Part shown: positions 20,277 to 29,937 of the stretch, in pieces
Numbering within the stretch: the stretch's first letter is position 1
Layout: each line of letters starts with the position of its first letter
Source: Candidatus Gottesmanbacteria bacterium
GTDB taxonomy: Bacteria > Patescibacteriota > Microgenomatia > UBA10105 > UBA927
Direction: 5' to 3'
NCBI GenBank assembly: GCA_016218255.1
Contig: JACREN010000037.1
Location: 1,514-65,513, forward strand
DNA: 64,000 nt
Made by a program: the position numbers and the translations under genes
Notes under the pieces: generated by a model
The model's input: the letters and a program-made list of their open reading frames with translations, nothing else
Databases searched by the model: none
Told to the model about the DNA's origin: nothing

Positions 20277-21391
20277 AAATTGGCATTGATGCGCGACTTA
20301 TTGACGAAACGGGAGTGGGGAGGTACATTCGCAATCTCATTGAGAATCTTGGGCGGCTGGATAGTCACAACCGTTATATAGTTTTTTTGAGAAAAAAATC
20401 GTTTCCCGGATTTCAGATACCAAACGCGCGATGGGAGAAGCGTCTTGCGGATGTGCCATGGCATACAGTTGTGGAACAGCTGGTCATGCCTTGGTTGTAT
20501 ATTCGGGAACATCTCGATGTTGTACATGTTCCATATTTCAATGTGCCAATTTTTTACCCCAAAACTCTTATAGTCACGATTCATGACGTCATAATTCTCC
20601 ATTTCGCTACAGGAAAATCTACGACTCTACCAATGTGGCTGTATCACATTCGTCGCTTGGGATATTGGATTGTGCTCAAGGTCGGTGTTTTGCGGGCACG
20701 ACTGATTCTTGCCGTTTCTGAGACTACGAAGCATGAGCTAGTGCGTCATTTTTCTGTTCCGGATCGAAAAATCCGAATCACCCATGAAGGAGTGGATTTG
20801 AGACTTCAGAATTTACATACTAAATTTCGAGACGACAGACGAATTATCAAGGGACCGTATTTTTTGTATGTTGGGAATGTTTATCCGCATAAAAATATTG
20901 AAGTGCTGACGGAAGCATTTGGAAAAATTTCCCCGAACTGTAGACTGGTTTTGGTAGGAAGAAGTGATTTTTTTTATGAACGATTGCGGGAAAACGTGAA
21001 AAAAGAGCAATTTGCTGACCGGGTGGTTTTTTTTGGCGAAGCGAGCGACTCGCAGTTAATGAATCTTTATGCGTATGCTACTGCACTGGTATATCCATCA
21101 CGAATGGAAGGTTTTGGATTGCCTCCTCTTGAAGCGCTTGCTTTGGAATGTCCGGTAATAACTAGCGATATACCGATATTTCGGGAAATTCTTGGTGACT
21201 TGTCGATATATTTTGACCCTGACAATTCTACGGAATTGGCTAATATTCTTTCTAAAATGCTCATGGAGCCGGTGAACACCACATGGAAAAAGCGCGCGCG
21301 AAATTATGCAAGCAGTTTTCGATGGGAAACAATGGCTGAAAGAACGTTAGCAGCATATGAATATTGCGTTCGTATACGACCGGATCAATAA
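20273..21391 (+). CDS. glycosyltransferase family 4
   Basis: EGFGLPPLEALALECPVITSD. GT4 architecture. Confidence 0.8.
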   Translation: MKIGIDARLIDETGVGRYIRNLIENLGRLDSHNRYIVFLRKKSFPGFQIPNARWEKRLADVPWHTVVEQLVMPWLYIREHLDVVHVPYFNVPIFYPKTLIVTIHDVIILHFATGKSTTLPMWLYHIRRLGYWIVLKVGVLRARLILAVSETTKHELVRHFSVPDRKIRITHEGVDLRLQNLHTKFRDDRRIIKGPYFLYVGNVYPHKNIEVLTEAFGKISPNCRLVLVGRSDFFYERLRENVKKEQFADRVVFFGEASDSQLMNLYAYATALVYPSRMEGFGLPPLEALALECPVITSDIPIFREILGDLSIYFDPDNSTELANILSKMLMEPVNTTWKKRARNYASSFRWETMAERTLAAYEYCVRIRPDQ

Positions 21392-22445
21392 GTGGGGAGG
21401 AGCAGAGCGTGTGCTTCTTGCGCTTCATAAGGTATGGCCGGAGGCGTCGATTTATACTGCAGTTTATGATCGCAAGCGTGCTGCCTGGGCACAGGTTTTT
21501 GATGTTCGGACGACCTTTCTAGATCGGGTGCCATGGGCAAGAAAACACCACGAGTGGTATCCGTGGTTGACCCCACTTGCATTCGAAACCCTTTCATTTG
21601 ACGAATACGATGTGGTGATATCCATAACATCTGCAGAGGCAAAAAATCTAATAACTAAATCAGGCACACTACATATTTGTTATTGTTTAACGCCGACGAG
21701 ATATTTGTGGAGCGGTTATCAGGAGTACGCTGACTCATCCAAAGTTTTGCCGTTTGTCGCGCCGATATTAAGAAAGTGGGATCGAATTGCAAGCGCTCGT
21801 CCTGATTATTATATAGCGATATCTGCGCGAGTATCACAGCGTATACAGGAATATTATAAGCGTGATGTTGTTCGCATCATTACTCCTCCCGTCAATACTG
21901 ATCAATTTCAAATTGGGCATGACGATAGTCAAATGGGAGAGCGGCCTTTCTTGGTTGTATCACGGCTCGTGCCGTATAAGCGTATAGATGTTATTATCGC
22001 TGCGTTCAATCAGCTCGGGTACCCACTTATTGTTATAGGGACTGGGAGCGAGAGAGAACGGCTGCGTAATTTGGCACGAAAGAACATAACATTCATTCAT
22101 ACGCATTTGACAGACGAACAGCTGGTTGGCTATTATCAAAGGTGCCGCGCGTTTGTTTTTGCCGCAGATGAAGATTTTGGACTTGCAGCGATAGAAGCAC
22201 AGGCCTGCGGTCGGCCGGTGATTGCGTTTGGAAACAGTGGTATTGCCGAAACGGTGATTCATAGAAAAACCGGTATATTGTTTTATAAACAAACACCGAA
22301 TGAATTGATTCGCGCGGTACGGCAATTTACTTCAGAATTCTATGATTCTCGTACCATTCGGCGTCATGCATTGTCGTTCGGCGTTGAACCGTTTGCAAAA
22401 CAAATGAAGGAAACAGTTCTTGACTTGTACAAAAAATATATATGA
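21357..22445 (+). CDS. glycosyltransferase family 4
   Basis: GT-B with an N-terminal glycine-rich loop (KWGGAERV). C-terminal EDFGLAAIEAQACGRPVIA. Confidence 0.75.
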   Translation: MNIAFVYDRINKWGGAERVLLALHKVWPEASIYTAVYDRKRAAWAQVFDVRTTFLDRVPWARKHHEWYPWLTPLAFETLSFDEYDVVISITSAEAKNLITKSGTLHICYCLTPTRYLWSGYQEYADSSKVLPFVAPILRKWDRIASARPDYYIAISARVSQRIQEYYKRDVVRIITPPVNTDQFQIGHDDSQMGERPFLVVSRLVPYKRIDVIIAAFNQLGYPLIVIGTGSERERLRNLARKNITFIHTHLTDEQLVGYYQRCRAFVFAADEDFGLAAIEAQACGRPVIAFGNSGIAETVIHRKTGILFYKQTPNELIRAVRQFTSEFYDSRTIRRHALSFGVEPFAKQMKETVLDLYKKYI

Positions 22446-23524
22446 AAGCTGTAATTTTTGCGGGAGGTGCTGGGACGCGGTTGTGGCCGCTGTCAAGAAA
22501 AAATTCTCCTAAGCAGTTTGAAAAAATCATTTCGGATCAGTCTACGCTGCAATTGGCAGCCAAACGGCTGTTGCCGGATTTCACCTGGAACGACATGTAT
22601 GTCTCAACCGGGTCGCAGTATGTGTCTATAGTTCAGGATCAATTGAGGGAGTTGCCGCCACACCAGGTTATAGGTGAACCGCAGATGCGGGACGTCGGTC
22701 CCGCAGTTGGGCTCATGACCGCGCTGTTGGTTCGTGAGGCTCCGGATGAGCCGATGGTCATCCTATGGAGTGACCACCTCGTGAAAGACGAGGAGTATTT
22801 CCGGCGAATACTTGCGGCATCCGGCAGAATCGTTGAGAAAAATCCTGATAAGATTGTATTTGTCGCACAAAAACCCCGGTTTCCAAGCGAAAATTTAGGA
22901 TGGATCCAATACGGAAAACGGGCATTTGAAGACCAGGGTATTCCTTTTTATTCATTTATAGATTTTCATTATCGGCCAGATAAACAAACGGCGGAACGCT
23001 ATTTCCAAAGCAGCCATTATGCATGGAATTTAGGATATTTTGTGACAACACCAAGATTTTTGTGGAAGCAGTATGAACTGCTCGTACCGAATCTTTCACA
23101 GGGACTGGGGAGAATCGCAGATAGCTGGAAAACCGGACGATTTCTCGAGGTTCTTCAGGAGATATATCCTACCCTTGAAAAAATACATTTTGATAATGCG
23201 GTCCTTGAAAAATTAAATCCGACAGACGCGCTTGTAGTGTCGGAAAATATCGGATGGAGTGATATTGGCGCGTGGGAAGCGCTAAAGGAGGCTTTGCAAG
23301 AAGCAAAGGATAAGAATGTTATTCAAGGAAATGTGTTGACTACCGATACTCGTGATTCTCTAATCTATAATTATGGCAAGCAGTTGGTTGTGACCATAGA
23401 CGGTTCTGAAATACTTGTCGTTGTGACGCCAGATGTAGTGCTTGTATGCAAAAAGGATTCAGTAGGAAAGATTAAGAAATTGGTAGAGGGATTTGCTGGA
23501 ACGGAACATGAGCATCTAGCTTGA
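22442..23524 (+). CDS. sugar-1-phosphate nucleotidyltransferase (mannose-1-phosphate guanylyltransferase-like)
   Basis: N-terminal AVIFAGGAGTRLWPLSRKNSPKQF is the NTP-transferase signature. Its length matches the ManC N-domain type. Confidence 0.75.
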   Translation: MKAVIFAGGAGTRLWPLSRKNSPKQFEKIISDQSTLQLAAKRLLPDFTWNDMYVSTGSQYVSIVQDQLRELPPHQVIGEPQMRDVGPAVGLMTALLVREAPDEPMVILWSDHLVKDEEYFRRILAASGRIVEKNPDKIVFVAQKPRFPSENLGWIQYGKRAFEDQGIPFYSFIDFHYRPDKQTAERYFQSSHYAWNLGYFVTTPRFLWKQYELLVPNLSQGLGRIADSWKTGRFLEVLQEIYPTLEKIHFDNAVLEKLNPTDALVVSENIGWSDIGAWEALKEALQEAKDKNVIQGNVLTTDTRDSLIYNYGKQLVVTIDGSEILVVVTPDVVLVCKKDSVGKIKKLVEGFAGTEHEHLA

Positions 23525-23536
23525 TATTATTTTTTT

Positions 23537-24175
23537 ATGATTTATACCTTCCTAAAGAGATGCATTGATTTGATCGGCGGTCTTTTCCTTATGATTTTTT
23601 TTGGTCCCATATGCATATTGACCGCAATTGCCATCGCTCTTGATACACCGGGTCCAGTCTTGGCGGATACCCCTCCCAGAGTTGGTAAAAACGGTAAATT
23701 TTTTAAGTTGTATAAATTCCGGTCGATGGTTGTTCATGCGCATGAAAAATTGCGGAATGATCCTCGACTGGCGAAGTTGTATAGTGAATATAAACGAAAT
23801 AGTTACAAACTTCGAGAAGATCCCCGCGTTACGACAGTGGGGCGTTTTATACGGAAGCATTCGCTCGACGAAATACCACAACTGATAAACGTTTTGAAAG
23901 GTGATATGAGTTTAGTCGGACCCCGGCCGTATTATCCCGACGAGCTTGTTGATCAACAAAAGAAATATCCGCACACAAAAGAACTGGTGAAGATTGTACT
24001 TTCGGCTAAGCCGGGCATCACCGGGATGTGGCAGGTGTCCGGAAGAAGTGAAGTGAATTTTGATAAACGGATTAAGATGGATGCAGATTATGTACGTCAG
24101 CGTTCCCTAATTCTGGACATTTTTGTACTCCTGAAAAGTCCGTGGGCGATGATTTCCGGCAAGGGAGCGGTATAA
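23537..24175 (+). CDS. polyprenyl-phosphate sugar-phosphate transferase (bacterial sugar transferase family, initiating enzyme)
   Basis: N-terminal transmembrane segment. KFRSM and [12 protein letters not shown]…[13 protein letters not shown] motifs. Confidence 0.85.
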   Translation: MIYTFLKRCIDLIGGLFLMIFFGPICILTAIAIALDTPGPVLADTPPRVGKNGKFFKLYKFRSMVVHAHEKLRNDPRLAKLYSEYKRNSYKLREDPRVTTVGRFIRKHSLDEIPQLINVLKGDMSLVGPRPYYPDELVDQQKKYPHTKELVKIVLSAKPGITGMWQVSGRSEVNFDKRIKMDADYVRQRSLILDIFVLLKSPWAMISGKGAV

Positions 24176-24219
24176 ATTCGCAATTGACAAAAAACCCGGT
24201 TATCTTCAGAATATATAGT

Positions 24220-26196
24220 ATGGTTGATGATCTAAAAAAGATCGAACTTCCGATTGAACCTGGAGTACACGATATTTCTAAATCTATGAAACGATCATTT
24301 CATTGGAAAATTTTGTTTATTCCTCTCGGCGTCCTGGTTATTTTTGTCCTTGTCGTCGGCATGATGCTGCTCCCTCTCCGTGGTGTCATTGCCAAGGCTC
24401 AGGATGTTATGCGTGTCGGCAAAGAAGCAGGGGCAGCGATAAAGAATCAGGATCTGGAGAAATCAAAAGTTGCTTTGACTGAAACTAGGCAGCAATTAGT
24501 GCTTTTGGATGGCGAATATGCAAAAGTTAAACCACTTAAAATGTTGCCGGTATTGGGTACCTACATAACCGATGGGGAGCATGCTATCAAAGCTGGGTTT
24601 GCAGGATTGGATGCTGCGAATAAGGCCATTGAAGCGCTTGAACCAAATGCTGACCTTTTAGGGCTGAAAGGGAAAAGTACATTTGTATCAGGAACTGCTG
24701 ATGATCGCATTCAAACCGCAGTGAAGACCATGAATGCTTTGACACCAAAAATTAATGAGATGGCGTTGTCTATAGATATACTGCGGAAAGAGTTAAGCGC
24801 GATTGACCCTGCTCGATATCCAAATTCGATCGGAAAAACCGCGGTTCGCGAACCACTCGCGCGTGCAAAAGAAGTGGTAGAGAACGCCGCAAATCTTTTT
24901 GTGAACGCTCAGCCCCTTCTTCTGAACCTTCCCAAGATGCTGGGTGAGCCTACAGAAAAGCGATATCTCATTCTATTTCAAAATGATAAGGAGCTGCGGG
25001 CGACCGGCGGATTTATCACGGCATATGCGCAGTTCCGTTTCGTGAAAGGCAAGGCTATTCTGGAGCGCGCTGACGATATCTATGCGCTGGATGCATCAAG
25101 GTCAAAAAATTTTCCTGCCCCACCCGAGATACTTAAATTTCATAAGGGTGTTTACAATCTTAACATCCGGGATAGCAATCTTTCACCTGATTTAACGTTG
25201 TCTATGCAAAAATTTGAAGAATTGTATAAGACGACATCGGGAAAAGAGATTATAGATGGTATTTGGACTGTCGATACCCATGTGCTTGTGGAAGTGCTGC
25301 GGATACTCGGTCCCACATGGGTATACGGTAGAGAATTTAGCGCGGATATAGATAAGCGGTGTGATTGTCCGAAGGCGGTGTACGAGTTGGAGGATTATTC
25401 AACGCGACCGGTGAACTACGTCAGAACCGCCAGAAAAGATGTGATTGGCGTCCTTATGCAGACACTGCTTCAAAAAGCATTGGGTGTATCGCCGTCTAAA
25501 TATTGGGGAAGCCTTTTTCAGATGTTGATTTCTGAAATCAATCAAAAGCACGTCCAGGCATATTTTCATGATACCGCTGTCCAGAAGGCGGTTGAAAGCT
25601 TTAATATGGCCGGACGGATTATGACTGCTACAGAAACGGCTACCCTTTTAGCTTATAAAGAAGGAAATGGTTGGGATTATCTTCATATCAATAACAGCAA
25701 TATGGCGGGCGCAAAATCAAATATGTTCGTGACGGAAAAAGTTACAAAAGATATGACTGTTACGAGCGATGGAATCATCACAACAAAACTTACTGTTGAA
25801 TATAAAAATCCGTATCCTGGAAGTGACTGCGGATTGGAGAGCGGCGGATTATGCTTAAACGCTCCGCTCAGGAATTGGGTGCGTGTCTATGTTCCAGCAG
25901 GAAGCAAACTGGTTGAAAGCCGCGGTGTGCAGTCTCCCAAAGACGGAAAACCTGTTGCGATGGACACGTATGACAGTTTAAGTAAAACGGTGTTTGAAGG
26001 GTTTTTGGTGGTAAATCCTTTGGGTACTGCGCGGCTTGAGCTTACGTATACTTCTCCGGTTAAGCAACTGGATGGAAAATACAGACTCCTTGTACAAAAA
26101 CAATCGGGAACTGATGGAGATGAATATACGCTAAAGCTTGGCGGACGCGAGCGGAAGAAATTTACGCTTGAGACGGACACGGAATTGACGTTTTAG
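24220..26196 (+). CDS. large membrane-anchored extracytoplasmic protein, DUF4012-like (uncertain); start may be 24286 (MKRSFHW…)
   Basis: One N-terminal transmembrane helix, then a ~600-aa soluble domain. It is placed directly after the initiating transferase. Confidence 0.5.
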   Translation: MVDDLKKIELPIEPGVHDISKSMKRSFHWKILFIPLGVLVIFVLVVGMMLLPLRGVIAKAQDVMRVGKEAGAAIKNQDLEKSKVALTETRQQLVLLDGEYAKVKPLKMLPVLGTYITDGEHAIKAGFAGLDAANKAIEALEPNADLLGLKGKSTFVSGTADDRIQTAVKTMNALTPKINEMALSIDILRKELSAIDPARYPNSIGKTAVREPLARAKEVVENAANLFVNAQPLLLNLPKMLGEPTEKRYLILFQNDKELRATGGFITAYAQFRFVKGKAILERADDIYALDASRSKNFPAPPEILKFHKGVYNLNIRDSNLSPDLTLSMQKFEELYKTTSGKEIIDGIWTVDTHVLVEVLRILGPTWVYGREFSADIDKRCDCPKAVYELEDYSTRPVNYVRTARKDVIGVLMQTLLQKALGVSPSKYWGSLFQMLISEINQKHVQAYFHDTAVQKAVESFNMAGRIMTATETATLLAYKEGNGWDYLHINNSNMAGAKSNMFVTEKVTKDMTVTSDGIITTKLTVEYKNPYPGSDCGLESGGLCLNAPLRNWVRVYVPAGSKLVESRGVQSPKDGKPVAMDTYDSLSKTVFEGFLVVNPLGTARLELTYTSPVKQLDGKYRLLVQKQSGTDGDEYTLKLGGRERKKFTLETDTELTF

Positions 26197-26200
26197 CTTC

Positions 26201-26773
26201 ATGGCAGCACCCCGTTTCTATAGGGTTGAGGGATATATCATTGGGCGAAAACCGGTGGGTGAGGGCGACCGGGTGATTACCATTTTTACCAGAGAATACG
26301 GTAAGCTACGGCTGTATGCTCAAGGAATTCGGCGCATATCGAGCCGCAGAGCACCACATTTGGAGCTTTTCAATCGTGTCAGGCTTCTTATTTATCGGGG
26401 GAGAATGATGGACATGATTGGTGAAGCCGAGATGGTGAGATCGTCCGATGAAATTCGAAGTGATCTTACACGGGTGAGTATTGCATACTATTTCTGTGAG
26501 CTCATCGATGTGTTGTTGCCGGAGCGTCAGGAACACGATGATGTTTTTGAACTTTTGTCTGTTTCGTTGGATTCGATACCCTCCTATGCTTCCGAGAAAT
26601 TGCTGATATTTGCCGGCCGTGTGTCGTTTTCACTTCTTGAACTTCTCGGTTTTTTGGCAAAAGGCAAAGAGCCTGTGGCAGCGGAAATCGTTTCATATAT
26701 AGAACGCATTGCTGAGAAGCGTCTGAAAACGCCAAAATTTTACCGTTTACTGACACGGGGAGTCCGTATTTGA
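26201..26773 (+). CDS. recO: DNA repair protein RecO (short form)
   Basis: N-terminal OB-fold pattern EGYIIGRKPVGEGDRVITIFTREYGKLRLYAQG matches the RecO family. Confidence 0.75.
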   Translation: MAAPRFYRVEGYIIGRKPVGEGDRVITIFTREYGKLRLYAQGIRRISSRRAPHLELFNRVRLLIYRGRMMDMIGEAEMVRSSDEIRSDLTRVSIAYYFCELIDVLLPERQEHDDVFELLSVSLDSIPSYASEKLLIFAGRVSFSLLELLGFLAKGKEPVAAEIVSYIERIAEKRLKTPKFYRLLTRGVRI

Positions 26774-26785
26774 TACAATCGTTAT

Positions 26786-28093
26786 ATGGCCATATTAGAT
26801 AAGATTGTTGCGCTTGCGAAACGAAGGGGTTTTGTATATCCAGGAAGCGAGCTCTATGGCGGAATCGGAGGTTTTTGGGATTATGGACCAAATGGCGTAG
26901 AGTTGGCTAACAACATCAAGCGCTCATGGTGGCAGGCGATGGTGCATGATCGTGAAGATGTGGTGGGATTAGATTCCGCGATCATCATGAACCCCAAAGT
27001 TTGGGAAGCATCAGGTCACGTTTCTTCTTTTACTGATCCGTTGACCGAATGCAAAGTGTGTCATCAGCGATTTCGGGCAGATCAGCCGGATGAAATTGAA
27101 GCACACACGGATAAACATAGGCATGAGGGGCAAAAATCAGTTGCGTGGACAGAAGCACGACAATTTAATCTGCTGTTCCGTACATTTGTGGGTCCGGTAG
27201 AGGATAACTCGTCGCTTGCTTATCTCCGCGGAGAGACATGCCAGGGGATTTACGTGAACTTTCTCAACGTATTGTCTTCTATGCGGGTGAGGGTTCCGTT
27301 TGGTATAGCCCAAATTGGTAAAGCATTCCGTAATGAAGTGACTCCGGGAAAATATTTATTCCGTGTCCGCGAGTTTGAGCAGATGGAGCTTGAGTTTTTT
27401 GTGCACCCGCGTGAGGCGACGGAACGGTTTACCTATTGGAAAGAAGAGCGTTTGCGCTGGCACCTTTCGCTTGGGTTACAGAAGGATCATGTGCGTTTTC
27501 GGCAGCATGAATCTACGGAACGTGCACATTACGCGGCTGATTCCTGGGATATTGAGTATGATTATCCTGAATGGGGATGGAAGGAGCTCGAAGGAATTGC
27601 GAACAGGACTGATTATGATCTAAAAACGCATGGGAAATGGTCTGGGAAAGATCTTTCATATAGTGATCCCTTGACGAATGAACGATACATACCTTTTGTT
27701 ATTGAGCCATCAGTAGGAGTATCACGACTCTTTTTGGCACTTCTTATCGATGCGTACAAAGAAGATGATAAACGGGCGTTTTTACAGCTGAAGCCGTCTT
27801 TAGCGCCAGTAACAGCTGCGATATTCCCGCTCGTAGCTAATAAGCCGCAGCTTGTTGAAAAGGCGCGATCCGTATATCATTTTCTGAAAAAACATTTTGT
27901 CGTAGGTTGGGATGATCGGGGAAATATAGGGAAACGGTATTTGGCACAGGATGAAATCGGGACCCCCTGGTGTGTCACTGTAGATTATGATACGTTAAAA
28001 GATGATACGGTGACGGTTCGGGATCGGGATACGACGAAGCAGGAACGGGTATCTATTGATCGGCTCAAGGAATATATTGGAGCCAAATTATAG
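26786..28093 (+). CDS. glyQS: glycine--tRNA ligase (alpha2 type)
   Basis: The N-terminus matches GlyQS over its full length (GFVYPGSELYGGIGGFWDYGP…). Confidence 0.9.
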   Translation: MAILDKIVALAKRRGFVYPGSELYGGIGGFWDYGPNGVELANNIKRSWWQAMVHDREDVVGLDSAIIMNPKVWEASGHVSSFTDPLTECKVCHQRFRADQPDEIEAHTDKHRHEGQKSVAWTEARQFNLLFRTFVGPVEDNSSLAYLRGETCQGIYVNFLNVLSSMRVRVPFGIAQIGKAFRNEVTPGKYLFRVREFEQMELEFFVHPREATERFTYWKEERLRWHLSLGLQKDHVRFRQHESTERAHYAADSWDIEYDYPEWGWKELEGIANRTDYDLKTHGKWSGKDLSYSDPLTNERYIPFVIEPSVGVSRLFLALLIDAYKEDDKRAFLQLKPSLAPVTAAIFPLVANKPQLVEKARSVYHFLKKHFVVGWDDRGNIGKRYLAQDEIGTPWCVTVDYDTLKDDTVTVRDRDTTKQERVSIDRLKEYIGAKL

Positions 28094-28102
28094 GATTTCA
28101 TT

Positions 28103-28567
28103 ATGAATAAAAAATTGGTTGGTATTGGTTTGGCGATCGTACTTGTGTTGACCATTGGATTGGTCGCATATACTTTTATTCCTCCTAAAAAGTCTGCGAA
28201 GCCCACGGTGACAGAAGAAACGGTGCCGCAGGATATTGAGACATTGAGTCCGTCAGTTCAGGTGACGGTGTCCAAAAGCAAAGTCAAAGACAATACGGTT
28301 GTGCTCTCTGTGTTGGGGTTGGCCAGTAAGTACACGAGCGTGGCATATGAACTCAGCTACGAAACGCAGGGGATTATACAAGGCGCTACCAGTAAGCCAT
28401 TGGATATAGGCGGGAAGGATTCGTTTGTCCGGGACGATATTTATCTCGGCACGTGCTCGCGGAATGTCTGCCGGCCGCATAGCGGAGTGAAAAGCGTATC
28501 GCTTGTGCTGGAATTTATCAGCCTATCCGGAAAGAAAAGTCAATTTTCCAAAGACTTCGATCTCTAG
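28103..28567 (+). CDS. membrane-anchored hypothetical protein
   Basis: N-terminal transmembrane helix plus a 120-aa extracytoplasmic domain. No recognisable motif. Confidence 0.45.
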   Translation: MNKKLVGIGLAIVLVLTIGLVAYTFIPPKKSAKPTVTEETVPQDIETLSPSVQVTVSKSKVKDNTVVLSVLGLASKYTSVAYELSYETQGIIQGATSKPLDIGGKDSFVRDDIYLGTCSRNVCRPHSGVKSVSLVLEFISLSGKKSQFSKDFDL

Positions 28568-28633
28568 TATCCACGTTTTTCAGTTATCATTTTTCTCAAA
28601 CATTTTTGTCTATTGAATGTCGTGAAATACCCC

Positions 28634-28662
28634 TTGACAGCCCGTGAAAAATGGGAGACTAT
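28634..28662 (+). promoter_or_regulatory. candidate promoter for the dcw operon (-35 TTGACA, weak -10)
   Basis: TTGACA at 28634-28639. After a 17-bp spacer comes GACTAT, a poor -10 hexamer. Confidence 0.3.
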
Positions 28663-28696
28663 GGATAAAGATGGGAAGATATGGTAGACTTTGGGA
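28652..28696 (+). promoter_or_regulatory. MraZ-box-like operator: five direct 10-bp-periodic repeats ATGG[G/A/T]A
   Basis: TGGGA at 28652, TGGAT at 28662, TGGGA at 28672, TGGTA at 28682, TGGGA at 28692. The mraZ ATG at 28697 follows immediately. Confidence 0.5.
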
Positions 28697-29095
28697 ATGA
28701 AGCTGTTCCTTGGGGAATACGACCATGCACTAGACGAACGAGGCCGGGTGACGCTCCCAAAAAAGATTCGGGCAGAGATAGACGACCGTGAACTGGTACT
28801 TGCGAAAGGGTTTGATCCTTGTATTTTTGGTTTTGATAAAGCGAGTTGGGAGCGTGAAGCGGCCAAGCACCTTGACACACCGGTGACCGACGAAAAAGCC
28901 AGAAACTTACGGCGGTACTTATTCAGTGCCGCCCAAAAAGTTGAGATAGACAAACTTGGTCGTATTCTTTTGCCTGCCCTGCTCAAGGAATATGCTTTTA
29001 TAGCAACTGAGTTGATTGTGATCGGCGCCGGAGACCATTTTGAGATTTGGGATAAGTCCCGATGGCAATCGTATGTAAATAAATCATCGCCATGA
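28697..29095 (+). CDS. mraZ: transcriptional regulator MraZ
   Basis: MKLFLGEYDHALDERGRVTLPKK and the second SpoVT/AbrB-like repeat are characteristic. It is first in the dcw cluster. Confidence 0.9.
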   Translation: MKLFLGEYDHALDERGRVTLPKKIRAEIDDRELVLAKGFDPCIFGFDKASWEREAAKHLDTPVTDEKARNLRRYLFSAAQKVEIDKLGRILLPALLKEYAFIATELIVIGAGDHFEIWDKSRWQSYVNKSSP

Positions 29096-29937
29096 GCAAG
29101 TATCATACGCCGGTGCTGTTGCAAGAGACGATTGAAGGTTTGCGGGTGAGACCTGGGAAGCGATATATTGACGCTACAGTGGGTGGTGGCGGGCACGGAA
29201 TTGAGATTGTACGGAGAGGTGGAGCGCTTTTGGGGATTGATGCTGATAAAGAGGCAGTCGCATTTGCATCACAAACGTTCGCAGGGTATTCAGGGAGTTG
29301 GAAAATTGTTCATGGTAATTTTCGTGATATTGAATCGATTGGAAGGGCGTATGGATTTGATGCGGTGGATGGCATAGTTTTTGACTTAGGGGTATCAAGT
29401 TATCAGCTCGACACCCCATCGAGAGGATTTAGTTATCGGTTTGAGGATGCACCACTTGATTTGCGGCTTGATCAGTCGAGAGGGGAAAATGCTGCAGAGT
29501 GGATAGCATCGGCAAGTGAGGAAGAATTGTATGAAGTTATTGCAAAATATGGTGAGGAAGAGCGTGCTGGGGCAATTGCTCATGATATTGTCTTGGCGCG
29601 TCGTATAAGTCCAATAAGGTCAGCCCGTCAGTTGGCAGCGATCGTATCGGATAGCGCGGCGACCTTATCGAGAATATTTCAGGCTCTTAGAATTTATGTT
29701 AACGACGAACTGGGAGCCATACGGGGTGGATTATTTGGAGCAGCGGGTTTGTTGGTTCCGACCGGAAGATTGGCGGTAATAAGTTTTCATTCATTGGAGG
29801 ATCGGTTGGTTAAGGAATTTATGAAACGTCCCCAGTGGCATCAAATAACAAAGAAGCCGCTGCGAGCAAGCGAAAGCGAGCTATCTTCTAATAGAAGGGG
29901 AAGAAGCGCAAAGTTGCGTATAGCAGAAAGAATATGA
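29092..29937 (+). CDS. rsmH: 16S rRNA (cytosine1402-N4)-methyltransferase RsmH
   Basis: HTPVLLQETIEGL…DATVGGGGH. ATGA overlap with mraZ. Confidence 0.9.
   Translation: MSKYHTPVLLQETIEGLRVRPGKRYIDATVGGGGHGIEIVRRGGALLGIDADKEAVAFASQTFAGYSGSWKIVHGNFRDIESIGRAYGFDAVDGIVFDLGVSSYQLDTPSRGFSYRFEDAPLDLRLDQSRGENAAEWIASASEEELYEVIAKYGEEERAGAIAHDIVLARRISPIRSARQLAAIVSDSAATLSRIFQALRIYVNDELGAIRGGLFGAAGLLVPTGRLAVISFHSLEDRLVKEFMKRPQWHQITKKPLRASESELSSNRRGRSAKLRIAERI

Noticed and set aside
24183-24217. TTGACA … TATATA promoter-like hexamers upstream of the DUF4012-like gene
   Set aside because: The spacer is 21-22 nt (too long) and the -10 lies only 2 nt from the candidate ATG.
28564-29196. 210-aa minus-strand ORF overlapping mraZ
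   Set aside because: Antisense to a clear MraZ coding sequence and the MraZ-box region. It has no motifs and is an ORF-caller artefact.
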